From IMG/VR virus record IMGVR_UViG_3300048080_000322, positions 1 to 26,088 of that record: a stretch of DNA of 26,088 bases, one strand, 5' to 3'. The notes below the pieces were generated by a model, which saw only the letters and a program-made list of their open reading frames with translations, made no database searches and was not told where the DNA came from. Made by a program: the position numbers and the translations under genes. This DNA is from a virus. Lineage: Duplodnaviria > Caudoviricetes. Positions 1 to 6,936 of this stretch are shown in pieces (the first letter of the stretch is position 1; each line of letters opens with the position of its first letter).

Positions 1-9
1 GATACGACC

Positions 10-213
10 ATGCCCGCAGCCAAGTCGCAGCCGCCCGCGCGATCGCTCGACGGCGATCCCGCCGAGCCGACGAGCCCGTTCGCGCCGCAGCGCTCGACGT
101 ACCCGCTCGACCTCGAGCGCGTGCAGTCGGGGGGGCTCGACGACGATCCGACAGAGTCAGGCGATCCGGTGAAGAACCGCGTGTCGTCGAAGAACCTCGA
201 AGGGGGCCGGTAG
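10..213 (+). CDS. Small Pro/acidic hypothetical protein (67 aa), member of microprotein cluster
   Basis: ATG-started ORF with G/C-ending codons; C-terminus SSKNLEGGR resembles PAKNLKR of the next ORF. Confidence 0.65.
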   Translation: MPAAKSQPPARSLDGDPAEPTSPFAPQRSTYPLDLERVQSGGLDDDPTESGDPVKNRVSSKNLEGGR

Positions 214-236
214 GCTCGCCGTAGATAGGAGTGCCG

Positions 237-425
237 ATGCCCAGCCCGCGCGAGATCGCCAAGCAGAAGAACGACCCGTCGAAGTTCGACGGGACAGTCG
301 AGAGTTACGACGCCGAGGCGGGAACCCCGGCCGGCGTCGCGCCGCAGGGGCGGGCCCCCGACTACGCCGCCAACCCCACCAACCCGCCGGATCCGCCCCC
401 GCCGGCAAAAAACCTCAAGAGGTGA
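237..425 (+). CDS. Small Pro-rich hypothetical protein (62 aa), YDxxxG microprotein
   Basis: AGGAG at 227-231 favours ATG 237 over GTG 231; contains ESYDAEAG and DPSK motifs shared with neighbours. Confidence 0.75.
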   Translation: MPSPREIAKQKNDPSKFDGTVESYDAEAGTPAGVAPQGRAPDYAANPTNPPDPPPPAKNLKR

Positions 426-428
426 TCC

Positions 429-788
429 ATGGACGCACAGGACATTCAGGACTGGGCCGGACGCACGGCCGGCAACACCGGCGCGGAGACGCCCCCGGCA
501 GAGACCCCAGCCGAACCGGCACCTGATGACGCGGGGACCCTGCGCGTCGCGGTCGAAGCGGTCACGCGGCTGGCGGACGACCTCGAGGCCATCAAGGAGC
601 GCGCGGCCGACAAGGAAGTGGACCTCGACTTCGTGGACGACGCCGTCAAGAACCTGCGCGAACTGCCCGACCAACTCACCACGGCGGCCGACGAGCTGCA
701 AGCCCTCGCCGACGAAGAGGCCGAGAAGGCCGCCGAGGAAGCCGAAGACGAGGCCGAAGAAGGCGGCGGCGAAGGCGCGCAGGCTTGA
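429..788 (+). CDS. Acidic, probably helical hypothetical protein (119 aa)
   Basis: GAGG upstream, starts 3 nt after previous stop, strong GC3 bias, Glu/Asp/Ala-rich C-terminal tail. Confidence 0.8.
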   Translation: MDAQDIQDWAGRTAGNTGAETPPAETPAEPAPDDAGTLRVAVEAVTRLADDLEAIKERAADKEVDLDFVDDAVKNLRELPDQLTTAADELQALADEEAEKAAEEAEDEAEEGGGEGAQA

Positions 789-814
789 CGGCGCAACCCG
801 CCGCGTGAGACCGT
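785..814 (+). promoter_or_regulatory. Possible sigma70-type promoter for a leaderless transcript of ORF 821
   Basis: TTGACG (785-790), 18 nt, TGn-GACCGT (809-814), 6 nt to ATG 821; no SD before the ATG; -10 match is weak. Confidence 0.3.
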
Positions 815-820
815 CGAGCC

Positions 821-994
821 ATGGCTGACCAGACAGCGCAGCACGGCACGCCGGGCTACGACGAGTGCGACGAGTACGATCGCCGGCAGGGCCGCACGAC
901 CGACAAGGACGAGCAGAAGCCGTCGGGACTGACGGAAGCCGGCAACAAGCCGTCTCCACATCCGGTCTCGTTCAAGACCACGACAAGCAAGTGA
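821..994 (+). CDS. Small hypothetical protein (57 aa, MADQTAQHGTPGYDECDEYDRRQG...PVSFKTTTSK), not in the ORF track
   Basis: Manually translated; mostly G/C-ending codons; DEYDRRQG motif; stop overlaps the next GTG (GTGA). Confidence 0.7.
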   Translation: MADQTAQHGTPGYDECDEYDRRQGRTTDKDEQKPSGLTEAGNKPSPHPVSFKTTTSK

Positions 995-1482
995 GAGCGT
1001 ACACGCGCAGGCCTATCGGCGAGCGTCTCTTGGCGCTTGTTCAGCCGGAACCGAATTCGGGTTGCTGGCTTTGGCAAGGATCGCTCACGGGTGGTGGCTA
1101 CGCCCAAATCATGGATCCTGCGTGGCCCAGTCGTCGGCGCGACGCACACCGTGTCTCGTACGAACTATGGGTGGGGATGATCCCGCCTAGGATGCAGGTT
1201 TGTCACAAGTGTGATACGCGCTCGTGCGTGAACCCGAGTCACCTTTTTCTGGGAACTGCGACGGCGAACATGCGAGACGCAGCGCTGAAGGGTCGGTTGC
1301 ACGTTGCCAGTCGTGTGGGGGAGAACAACGCGAATGCTCTGCTTACGGCCTCACAGGTGTGCGAGATCCGCAGACTGCGTGGTAGGCTGAGTCAACGAGA
1401 AATCGGCCGACGCTACGGTGTCCATCGGAACACGGTCTACGAAATTTTTGCCGGTAACAACTGGAAGGAAGGAACTCCATGA
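991..1482 (+). CDS. HNH homing endonuclease with C-terminal HTH (about 163 aa)
   Basis: SGCWLWQG...AHRVSYEL...VCHKCDTRSCVNPSHLFLGT..NMRD motif; C-terminal SQREIGRRYGVHRNTVYEI HTH; start placed at GTG 991 by GTGA coupling rather than 865. Confidence 0.9.
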   Translation: MRAYTRRPIGERLLALVQPEPNSGCWLWQGSLTGGGYAQIMDPAWPSRRRDAHRVSYELWVGMIPPRMQVCHKCDTRSCVNPSHLFLGTATANMRDAALKGRLHVASRVGENNANALLTASQVCEIRRLRGRLSQREIGRRYGVHRNTVYEIFAGNNWKEGTP

Positions 1483-1649
1483 ACGAAGAACCGAAGGATC
1501 CAATAGAGGCGTACGACGCGGCTCATGGGGATCCGTCCAAGACGCCGGCCGCGCCCGCGCTCTCGGAAGCGGACGAGTGGGGCACGAAGCTGAACCCCGT
1601 GCGGGACACGCCGCTGGCCGGGACCGGGCTCAAGCAGGTCGGCAAGTAG
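1479..1649 (+). CDS. Small hypothetical protein (56 aa, MNEEPKDPIEAYDAAHGDPSK...GLKQVGK), not in the ORF track
   Basis: Manually translated; AAGGAAGGA upstream; ATGA overlap with HNH stop; ends 3 nt before next gene; EAYDAAHG and DPSK motifs. Confidence 0.75.
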   Translation: MNEEPKDPIEAYDAAHGDPSKTPAAPALSEADEWGTKLNPVRDTPLAGTGLKQVGK

Positions 1650-1652
1650 GCC

Positions 1653-2048
1653 GTGGCCCTCCCCGTCCTCATCTCGCACACCGGGAGCATTAACGGCTCC
1701 CCGGCGCAAAGCTCACAGATCTCCCCGTCGCTGCAAGAGATCCTGAACACGTCGTTCTCGGCGACGTACGGTAGCAGCAAGGGAAGCCGCCCGTCGATCA
1801 TCGGCGCGACGGATCTGGCACCGTTCGTCATCCCGCTCGAGACGATCGTGAAGGTGCGGCTCATGGCATTCCGCGTGCGGGGCGGCTCGCTCAAGTTCAA
1901 GTTCACGTCCGCCGCCGGCGCGGACCAGGCTCTACTCATCTCCGATTTTTTCTTGTGGCACGCGCCTAACGCCGGTGATGAGGTCACGGCTATCAAGGCC
2001 GTGGGCACGGCAGACCTCGAGTACATTCTGAGTGGGGACGTCTCGTGA
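1653..2048 (+). CDS. Putative virion structural protein, beta-rich (131 aa)
   Basis: Tight packing and codon bias; alternating hydrophobic pattern; position in head module; function inferred. Confidence 0.65.
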   Translation: MALPVLISHTGSINGSPAQSSQISPSLQEILNTSFSATYGSSKGSRPSIIGATDLAPFVIPLETIVKVRLMAFRVRGGSLKFKFTSAAGADQALLISDFFLWHAPNAGDEVTAIKAVGTADLEYILSGDVS

Positions 2049-2080
2049 TGTAGTAGACTCCCCGACCAACGGAGGAACCC

Positions 2081-2476
2081 ATGTCACTGCGAGACACGCT
2101 GAACGACAACAACCTGAACCAGGCCGAGGACGCGCTGTCGGCCATCAGCCTGGGCGAGCTGCTCACGCTGCTCATCAAGAACTCGACGGCCACGGAAGCG
2201 GGTCTCGTGCCGGCGGCCGATCAGATCACGCTGGCGGCCACGCCGACGGCGCTGTTCCAGATCAACGCCACGGCTGGGGCTGTCACCGGGGTCAAGCGAC
2301 TGCGCAAGGGGCCCATCACGGGCTCGGGCGCGATCGTCCCGGCGACGGGCGAAGCCGTGTGGGACGGCGGCACCAAGGTGCTGTTCGCCTCCGTCGATGC
2401 CGTGACGGCCGCGAGCGTGCTCTACGCCAAGTCCACTGACAAGGCGTCGATCCTGCTGCGCGACCTGACCGACTAG
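2081..2476 (+). CDS. Putative head decoration/structural protein (131 aa)
   Basis: GGAGG RBS; Ala/Thr/Gly-rich; lies just upstream of scaffold and capsid genes. Confidence 0.6.
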   Translation: MSLRDTLNDNNLNQAEDALSAISLGELLTLLIKNSTATEAGLVPAADQITLAATPTALFQINATAGAVTGVKRLRKGPITGSGAIVPATGEAVWDGGTKVLFASVDAVTAASVLYAKSTDKASILLRDLTD

Positions 2477-2509
2477 ACGCTTGGGCCGAAGGGCCTCGTT
2501 TCTCCAACA

Positions 2510-2546
2510 CGCCCCCGCTGGGCGGTCAAACCGGCGCGTAAAGGAG
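2510..2546 (+). promoter_or_regulatory. Candidate H-type pseudoknot next to the scaffold RBS
   Basis: Stem 1 CGCC 2510-13/GGCG 2521-24; stem 2 CGCTG 2516-20/CGGCG 2532-36; AAGGAG at 2541-46. Confidence 0.4.
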
Positions 2547-2552
2547 TGAACC

Positions 2553-3338
2553 ATGCCCGACGAAGCACCCGCCACGACCCCGGCCGCGCCGGCTGCGACC
2601 CCACCGGCCGCGACTACGCCCCCAGCAGCCACGCCCCCGAAGCCTGCTCCGGCCGCCGCGAAGCCGCCGACGAACGGCAAGCCCAAGGAGATCCGCATCC
2701 CGATCAACGCCTTCAAGGAGCGTGTGCGCCGGGACGCGGCGGCGCTCGTGCGGCAGACGCTCGGCGTCAGCATCGAGGAGGCCGAGAAGATCATCAAGGC
2801 GGGGCCGCCTGTCGCGACCGACGGGACCCAGCCCCAGGCCGCCGCGGCGACGGCCGATGCCGCAATCGGTCGCCTGCAAGCCGAAGTGGACCGCTTCAAG
2901 AAGCAAGCCGCCACGGCGACACAGGCGCGCGACGACCTCGACCGCAAGTACAAGAAGGACACCCAGCGGCTCCGCGACCGCGCCGTCGAGACCGAGCTGC
3001 GCTACGTGGCGGCCCAGGCCGGCGTGATCGACACGGATTACGCGACGCACCTGTTCGCGCGCGCCGCGCACGCGGGCAAGGCGAGCGACCCGAAGGCGTT
3101 CTTCGAGGCGCTCAAGCAGAGCCATGCCCACCTGTTCGTGGCGCCGACAGTGGCCGTGGCCCCGCCCGTGGTGACGGTGCCGCCGACGACGGCCCCGCCG
3201 GAGTCGCTGGCGCCGGGGGAGACCAAGCCCACGCCGAGCGCGCCCACGACGGGGACTGTGGTGGACGTGGACAAGCTGTCGGGGCCCGAGTTCGCTGCGC
3301 GCACTCGCCAGCAGTATGGGTTCTCACCGGGGGGGTGA
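2553..3338 (+). CDS. Capsid scaffolding protein (261 aa)
   Basis: Pro/Ala/Thr-rich termini, central coiled coil, C-terminal helix (DVDKLSGPEFAARTRQQYG); AAGGAG RBS; upstream of the major capsid gene. Confidence 0.75.
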   Translation: MPDEAPATTPAAPAATPPAATTPPAATPPKPAPAAAKPPTNGKPKEIRIPINAFKERVRRDAAALVRQTLGVSIEEAEKIIKAGPPVATDGTQPQAAAATADAAIGRLQAEVDRFKKQAATATQARDDLDRKYKKDTQRLRDRAVETELRYVAAQAGVIDTDYATHLFARAAHAGKASDPKAFFEALKQSHAHLFVAPTVAVAPPVVTVPPTTAPPESLAPGETKPTPSAPTTGTVVDVDKLSGPEFAARTRQQYGFSPGG

Positions 3339-3339
3339 C

Positions 3340-3368
3340 GTGACCTGCGGGTGAAGGGGGAGTAGGAT
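3340..3368 (+). promoter_or_regulatory. Putative sigma70-type promoter upstream of the endonuclease and capsid genes
   Basis: GTGACC (3340-45), 17 nt, TAGGAT (3363-68), 6 nt to GTG 3375. Confidence 0.45.
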
Positions 3369-3374
3369 TGATGC

Positions 3375-4115
3375 GTGGGCTGGCCCAAGGGGAAACCCCA
3401 GTCGGAGACGGCCAAGGCAGAAAAGCGCGTGAAGATGCTGGCGCGCATCGCGGCCGGACTGTGGAACGCGGATTTCTGTCGTACATGCAACAGCCCAGAG
3501 GCGAAAGCCCGTCGGCTGGCGACGAATCGCGCGCGTGGAAACGACACGAAGTGCGCGAAGGCGATGGCGGTTTCCATGGCCAGACCGGACGTGCGGGCGA
3601 AGTTGTCCGTCGAACGAAAGGCGCGCTTCTCGACGCCAGAAGGCCGCCAGAAAATTCTCGCCGTAGCACGCGCGGCGCAGACCCCAGAAGTGAACGAGCG
3701 GCGCCGAGCAGCATCGAAAGCCTACGCCATATCGCCCGAAGGCCGTCTCGCGAAGCAGCGCGGGGGACTTGCGGCGCTACACAGCCTGCGCGGGGCCTCG
3801 GCGCGCAAGGAGTGGGAGTACCAGGAGCACCGCTTTCGTTCGTCTTGGGAGCGAGACTTCGCGCGGTTTCTCGATTTGCTGGGCGTGAAGTGGTGGTATG
3901 AACCGACGGTGTATCAGGTAGGAAGTCGCCACTACGTTCCCGACTTCCGCGTGGAGATCCCAGGGCGTGGATCGGTCATCGTAGAGGTCAAAGGTGTGCG
4001 CCTCGGGCGCGGACTTGAAAAGTTCCAGGACTTCGTGCGAGAGTACCCGGAAGTACCGGCCGTGCTCATCGGTGACGAAGAAATCGCGGCGATACGCAAG
4101 CTGAACAGGAGCTGA
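3375..4115 (+). CDS. Free-standing PD-(D/E)XK endonuclease with N-terminal NUMOD3-like basic repeats (putative homing endonuclease)
   Basis: FRSSWERDFARFLD..GVKWWYEP...YVPDF...VEVKG catalytic motif; repeated (S/T)PE-x-R/K helices; atypical codon use; inserted between scaffold and capsid genes. Confidence 0.8.
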   Translation: MGWPKGKPQSETAKAEKRVKMLARIAAGLWNADFCRTCNSPEAKARRLATNRARGNDTKCAKAMAVSMARPDVRAKLSVERKARFSTPEGRQKILAVARAAQTPEVNERRRAASKAYAISPEGRLAKQRGGLAALHSLRGASARKEWEYQEHRFRSSWERDFARFLDLLGVKWWYEPTVYQVGSRHYVPDFRVEIPGRGSVIVEVKGVRLGRGLEKFQDFVREYPEVPAVLIGDEEIAAIRKLNRS

Positions 4116-4119
4116 AAAA

Positions 4120-5496
4120 ATGGCGAATTTTCCCGACTCGAGTTTGCCGGTCACCTCGTTCAACCCGACGGTGATTTCGGCGATACAGGACAGAACTTTG
4201 AGTCGCACTTTTCGCGACGCCCTCTACCCGCGGCTCCTGTACCGCATGGAGGCGCTCGCGGAGTTGTGGCCGGTGAACCTCGGCGCGAACATGACGTTCA
4301 CGCGCGCGGGGCTCATCGAGCCGACGACGCGCCCCCTGGCGCCCGGGAGCGACCCGCCGCTCAGCACCTACGCGATCGAGCAGTGGGAAGCGACCGCGCA
4401 GCAGTGGTCGGCGGCCGTGGACACCCACATGCCCACGAGCTACGTCACGCTGGCGTCGCAGTACCTGCGCAACATGCACCAGCTCGGGCTGCACAGCGGC
4501 CAGTCGCTCAACCGCGTCTCGCGCGACAAGCTGTTCAACGCCTACGTGGCGGGGAACACCGTCGTCAAGGCGGGCGGTGTCGGCGCGGGCGTGCTGGTCC
4601 CGGTGGTGAACCTGGACGGCTTCACGCGCAAGCTGTTCAACGGCCGGCCGACGCCGGTTTCAGCCGCGAACCCGATCTCCATCACTATCCCGGCCGCTGG
4701 GTACACGGGCGTCGTGACCGGGTTCGTCTCGGACTTCCCGAACGACGAGATCCACGGCGGGACCCTGACGGTCTCCCCGGCGGTGCCCGCGCTGGCGGGC
4801 CGGGAAGCCGTGCTGTCCGCCAACCGCTCGAGGCTCATCTACTCGGGCGCCGGCAACCGCGTGGACGACATCACGGCGGTCGACCAGTTCAAGCTGGCGG
4901 ACGTGCGCGAGGCCGTCGCGCGGCTGCGCTTCGACAACGTGCCGCCGCACGAGGATGGGTCGTACCACTGCCACCTCGACCCGATCTCGGAGTCGCAGAT
5001 CTTCGGCGACAACGAGTTCCAGCGGCTGAACCAGTCCATCCCGGACTACATCCACTACCGGCGCTTCGCCGCGGCGTTCGTGCTCAACACCACGTTCTAC
5101 CGGAACACCGAGGCGCCGACGACGGCGACGGTGAACGAGAACCCGGCCAAGGGGTTCACGACCGGGTTCGAGCTGACCAACCCCGCGGGCGTCGTCATCC
5201 ACCGCCCGATCTTCACGGGACAGGGCGCGCTCGAGGAGAAGTACCTGGACGAGTCTCGGTACATCGCCGAGGCCGGCATCCAGGGCAAGATCGGCGAGTT
5301 CGCGGTGGTGAACGGCGGCGTGCAGGTCATGACCGAACGGATCCGACTCGTCCTGCGCGCGCCGATGGACCGACTCCAGCAGCAGACGAGCGCCGCGTGG
5401 AGCTTCAGCGGCGACTTCACCGTCCCATCGGACGAGGGCTCGCCGAGCGGGCCCGCGACGTTCAAGCGCAGCTCGATCGTGGTTCACGGCGAGTAG
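4120..5496 (+). CDS. Major capsid protein (HK97 fold; resembles N4-gp56-like capsid proteins), 458 aa
   Basis: Size, position after the scaffold, very strong codon bias, capsid-like motifs (GANMTFTR, GQSLNRVSRD, VREAVARLRFDNVPP..GSYHCHLDP); family assignment from recall, not a search. Confidence 0.85.
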   Translation: MANFPDSSLPVTSFNPTVISAIQDRTLSRTFRDALYPRLLYRMEALAELWPVNLGANMTFTRAGLIEPTTRPLAPGSDPPLSTYAIEQWEATAQQWSAAVDTHMPTSYVTLASQYLRNMHQLGLHSGQSLNRVSRDKLFNAYVAGNTVVKAGGVGAGVLVPVVNLDGFTRKLFNGRPTPVSAANPISITIPAAGYTGVVTGFVSDFPNDEIHGGTLTVSPAVPALAGREAVLSANRSRLIYSGAGNRVDDITAVDQFKLADVREAVARLRFDNVPPHEDGSYHCHLDPISESQIFGDNEFQRLNQSIPDYIHYRRFAAAFVLNTTFYRNTEAPTTATVNENPAKGFTTGFELTNPAGVVIHRPIFTGQGALEEKYLDESRYIAEAGIQGKIGEFAVVNGGVQVMTERIRLVLRAPMDRLQQQTSAAWSFSGDFTVPSDEGSPSGPATFKRSSIVVHGE

Positions 5497-5509
5497 CGTC
5501 ATTGACGTT

Positions 5510-5753
5510 CGCCGCACAAGTTCCAGTCCCCTTCGGGGGCTCTGGTCCTGGCTTCGGCCAGGATGGTGTCCCGTCCTTCGGGTCGGGACCTTTTCCCCTC
5601 GACATACGAGACGGCCTTCGGGCCTACCCTCCGCGTCTTGGGGACCGACCGGGAATCTTCAGGCTTCCCTTCCCCGCCGGGTCAGTGCGGTGGTTTGGCT
5701 GACGGCTTCGGCCTGACGCCTTTGCCTGATCCCGTTCACGGTCGGCTTTTTTT
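5510..5753 (+). ncRNA. Candidate highly structured RNA (ncRNA or large cis-regulatory element)
   Basis: Five cUUCGg hairpins (loops 5532-35, 5553-56, 5577-80, 5617-20, 5707-10), nested stems, closing helix 5645-51/5739-45 followed by T7 (5747-53). Confidence 0.65.
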
Positions 5754-5755
5754 CC

Positions 5756-5992
5756 ATGGCGAAACGACGACCCGACGAAGCTCCTGTGCCGGCGGCCCCG
5801 CGGCCTCCGTCGCAGGAGCGCTTCTACCGCGTGACGAAGACGTGCCGGATCGCTCGCGGCGCCACGTACTACACGCTGCCGGTCGGCAAGGTGCTCTCGT
5901 CGCTCGGCTATGACATCGACGAGCTGTGCACGATGGGCGTCACGATGGAGGCGGTAGACAGCCCCGTCATGCGGCCGACCGTGCTGCCCTGA
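5756..5992 (+). CDS. Small hypothetical head-associated protein (78 aa)
   Basis: Codon bias; typical small gene between capsid and connector; no clear SD. Confidence 0.7.
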   Translation: MAKRRPDEAPVPAAPRPPSQERFYRVTKTCRIARGATYYTLPVGKVLSSLGYDIDELCTMGVTMEAVDSPVMRPTVLP

Positions 5993-6011
5993 GTTGGAGT
6001 AGGATAGAGGC

Positions 6012-6425
6012 ATGAGCGCGGTCCTCACCGAGGACGAGAAGGCCAGGATCCGGCATCACCTCGGGTACATCCTGCTTGATCCTGTACCCAGCATCACCCT
6101 CGGTGTGCGCGGTCTCGGCCAGCCGCAGTTCCTGGTCGAACTGGCGCTCAACCAGATCCCTGAGAACGCCGTTGGGATCATCCGCAACTACGTCGCCATC
6201 ATGGACGGCATCGAGAACCAGCTCGTCGAGGCGCAGCGGCGGTTCAAGGCCGAGAAGCTAGGCGAGATCACGCTCCGCAAGGACGAGACCGACCAGCTCG
6301 AGCGCGAGTACGCCAGGTGGGCCAAGCGGCTCGCTGACGACCTCGGCGTGCCCCTGAACATGTTCAGCGAACGGTTCCGCACAAACGGTGGCATGATGCC
6401 CCTGTCCGTCTCCGTGCAGCACTGA
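6012..6425 (+). CDS. Putative head-tail connector/adaptor (137 aa)
   Basis: LTEDEKARIRHHLGY N-terminus, helical composition, synteny after the capsid gene. Confidence 0.65.
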   Translation: MSAVLTEDEKARIRHHLGYILLDPVPSITLGVRGLGQPQFLVELALNQIPENAVGIIRNYVAIMDGIENQLVEAQRRFKAEKLGEITLRKDETDQLEREYARWAKRLADDLGVPLNMFSERFRTNGGMMPLSVSVQH

Positions 6426-6447
6426 CCCCTGAGCCAAGGAGAAGATC

Positions 6448-6924
6448 ATGTCCACGCTACTCGTCGAGACCCTGTCGTCGTCCGCGGGGCCAGTGGCCCG
6501 CGAAACCGCAACGAGCGCCCCGGCCGTCGAGACCGAAGCCGCGCGGCTCGAGCAGGTCGGTCCCTATCGCCAGGACAACTCGGCCGCGGCGCAGACCGAC
6601 GTGGCCCTGTCGCTCGGGGCGACAGACGCCGCAGCCCCGACGGAGCTGGTCGCGGGACGCGCCGGCACCATCATCGGCGTCGTCGCGCGCTCGAACGCCG
6701 ACCTGACAGCGGGCACGGCGACCTTCCGCGCGAGCAAGAACGGCACGGGCGTGGGCGGCTCGGGCTGCGTCCTGTCCGACACCGTGCAGCAGAAGATTTC
6801 GGAGTCCGCGGCCGTGGAGTTCGCGGCCGGCGACCTCCTGGGCGTGCTCATCACGACCAACGGCGCGTTCGCGCCTGTCACGGCCGACGTGCAGGCGTAC
6901 CTGCTGGTGCGCTGGGCCGCGTAA
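6448..6924 (+). CDS. Putative virion structural protein, beta-sandwich-like (158 aa)
   Basis: AAGGAG RBS; Ala/Thr/Gly-rich with FAAGDLLGV motif; located in the neck region. Confidence 0.6.
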   Translation: MSTLLVETLSSSAGPVARETATSAPAVETEAARLEQVGPYRQDNSAAAQTDVALSLGATDAAAPTELVAGRAGTIIGVVARSNADLTAGTATFRASKNGTGVGGSGCVLSDTVQQKISESAAVEFAAGDLLGVLITTNGAFAPVTADVQAYLLVRWAA

Positions 6925-6936
6925 GGCGCGTAGTGC

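Noticed and set aside
865-990. N-terminal extension of the first HNH ORF as given in the track
   Set aside because: Overlaps a better-supported 57-aa ORF (821-994); GTGA coupling supports a start at 991
3339-4119. Group I introns or inteins hosting the endonucleases (all four sites)
   Set aside because: Flanking genes look complete, there is no non-coding room for intron cores and no intein splice motifs are visible
5502-5530. TTGACG as a dedicated promoter for the structured RNA
   Set aside because: No acceptable -10 at 16-18 nt, and the implied start would fall inside the first hairpin
4266-5702. 478-aa alternative-frame ORF over the capsid gene, and similar long shadows (2084-2962, 14967-15998, 19630-21030, 21802-23046)
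   Set aside because: Arg/Gly/Pro-rich translations typical of stop-poor alternative frames in high-GC genes; no motifs
5523-5720. CRISPR-like or REP repeat array from the recurring CTTCGG
   Set aside because: Only the tetraloop recurs; stems differ, spacing is irregular and no cas genes are present
5563-5913. 116-aa ORF crossing the post-capsid intergenic region
   Set aside because: Poor codon bias, overlaps the better 5756-5992 gene, and the sequence is better explained by RNA structure
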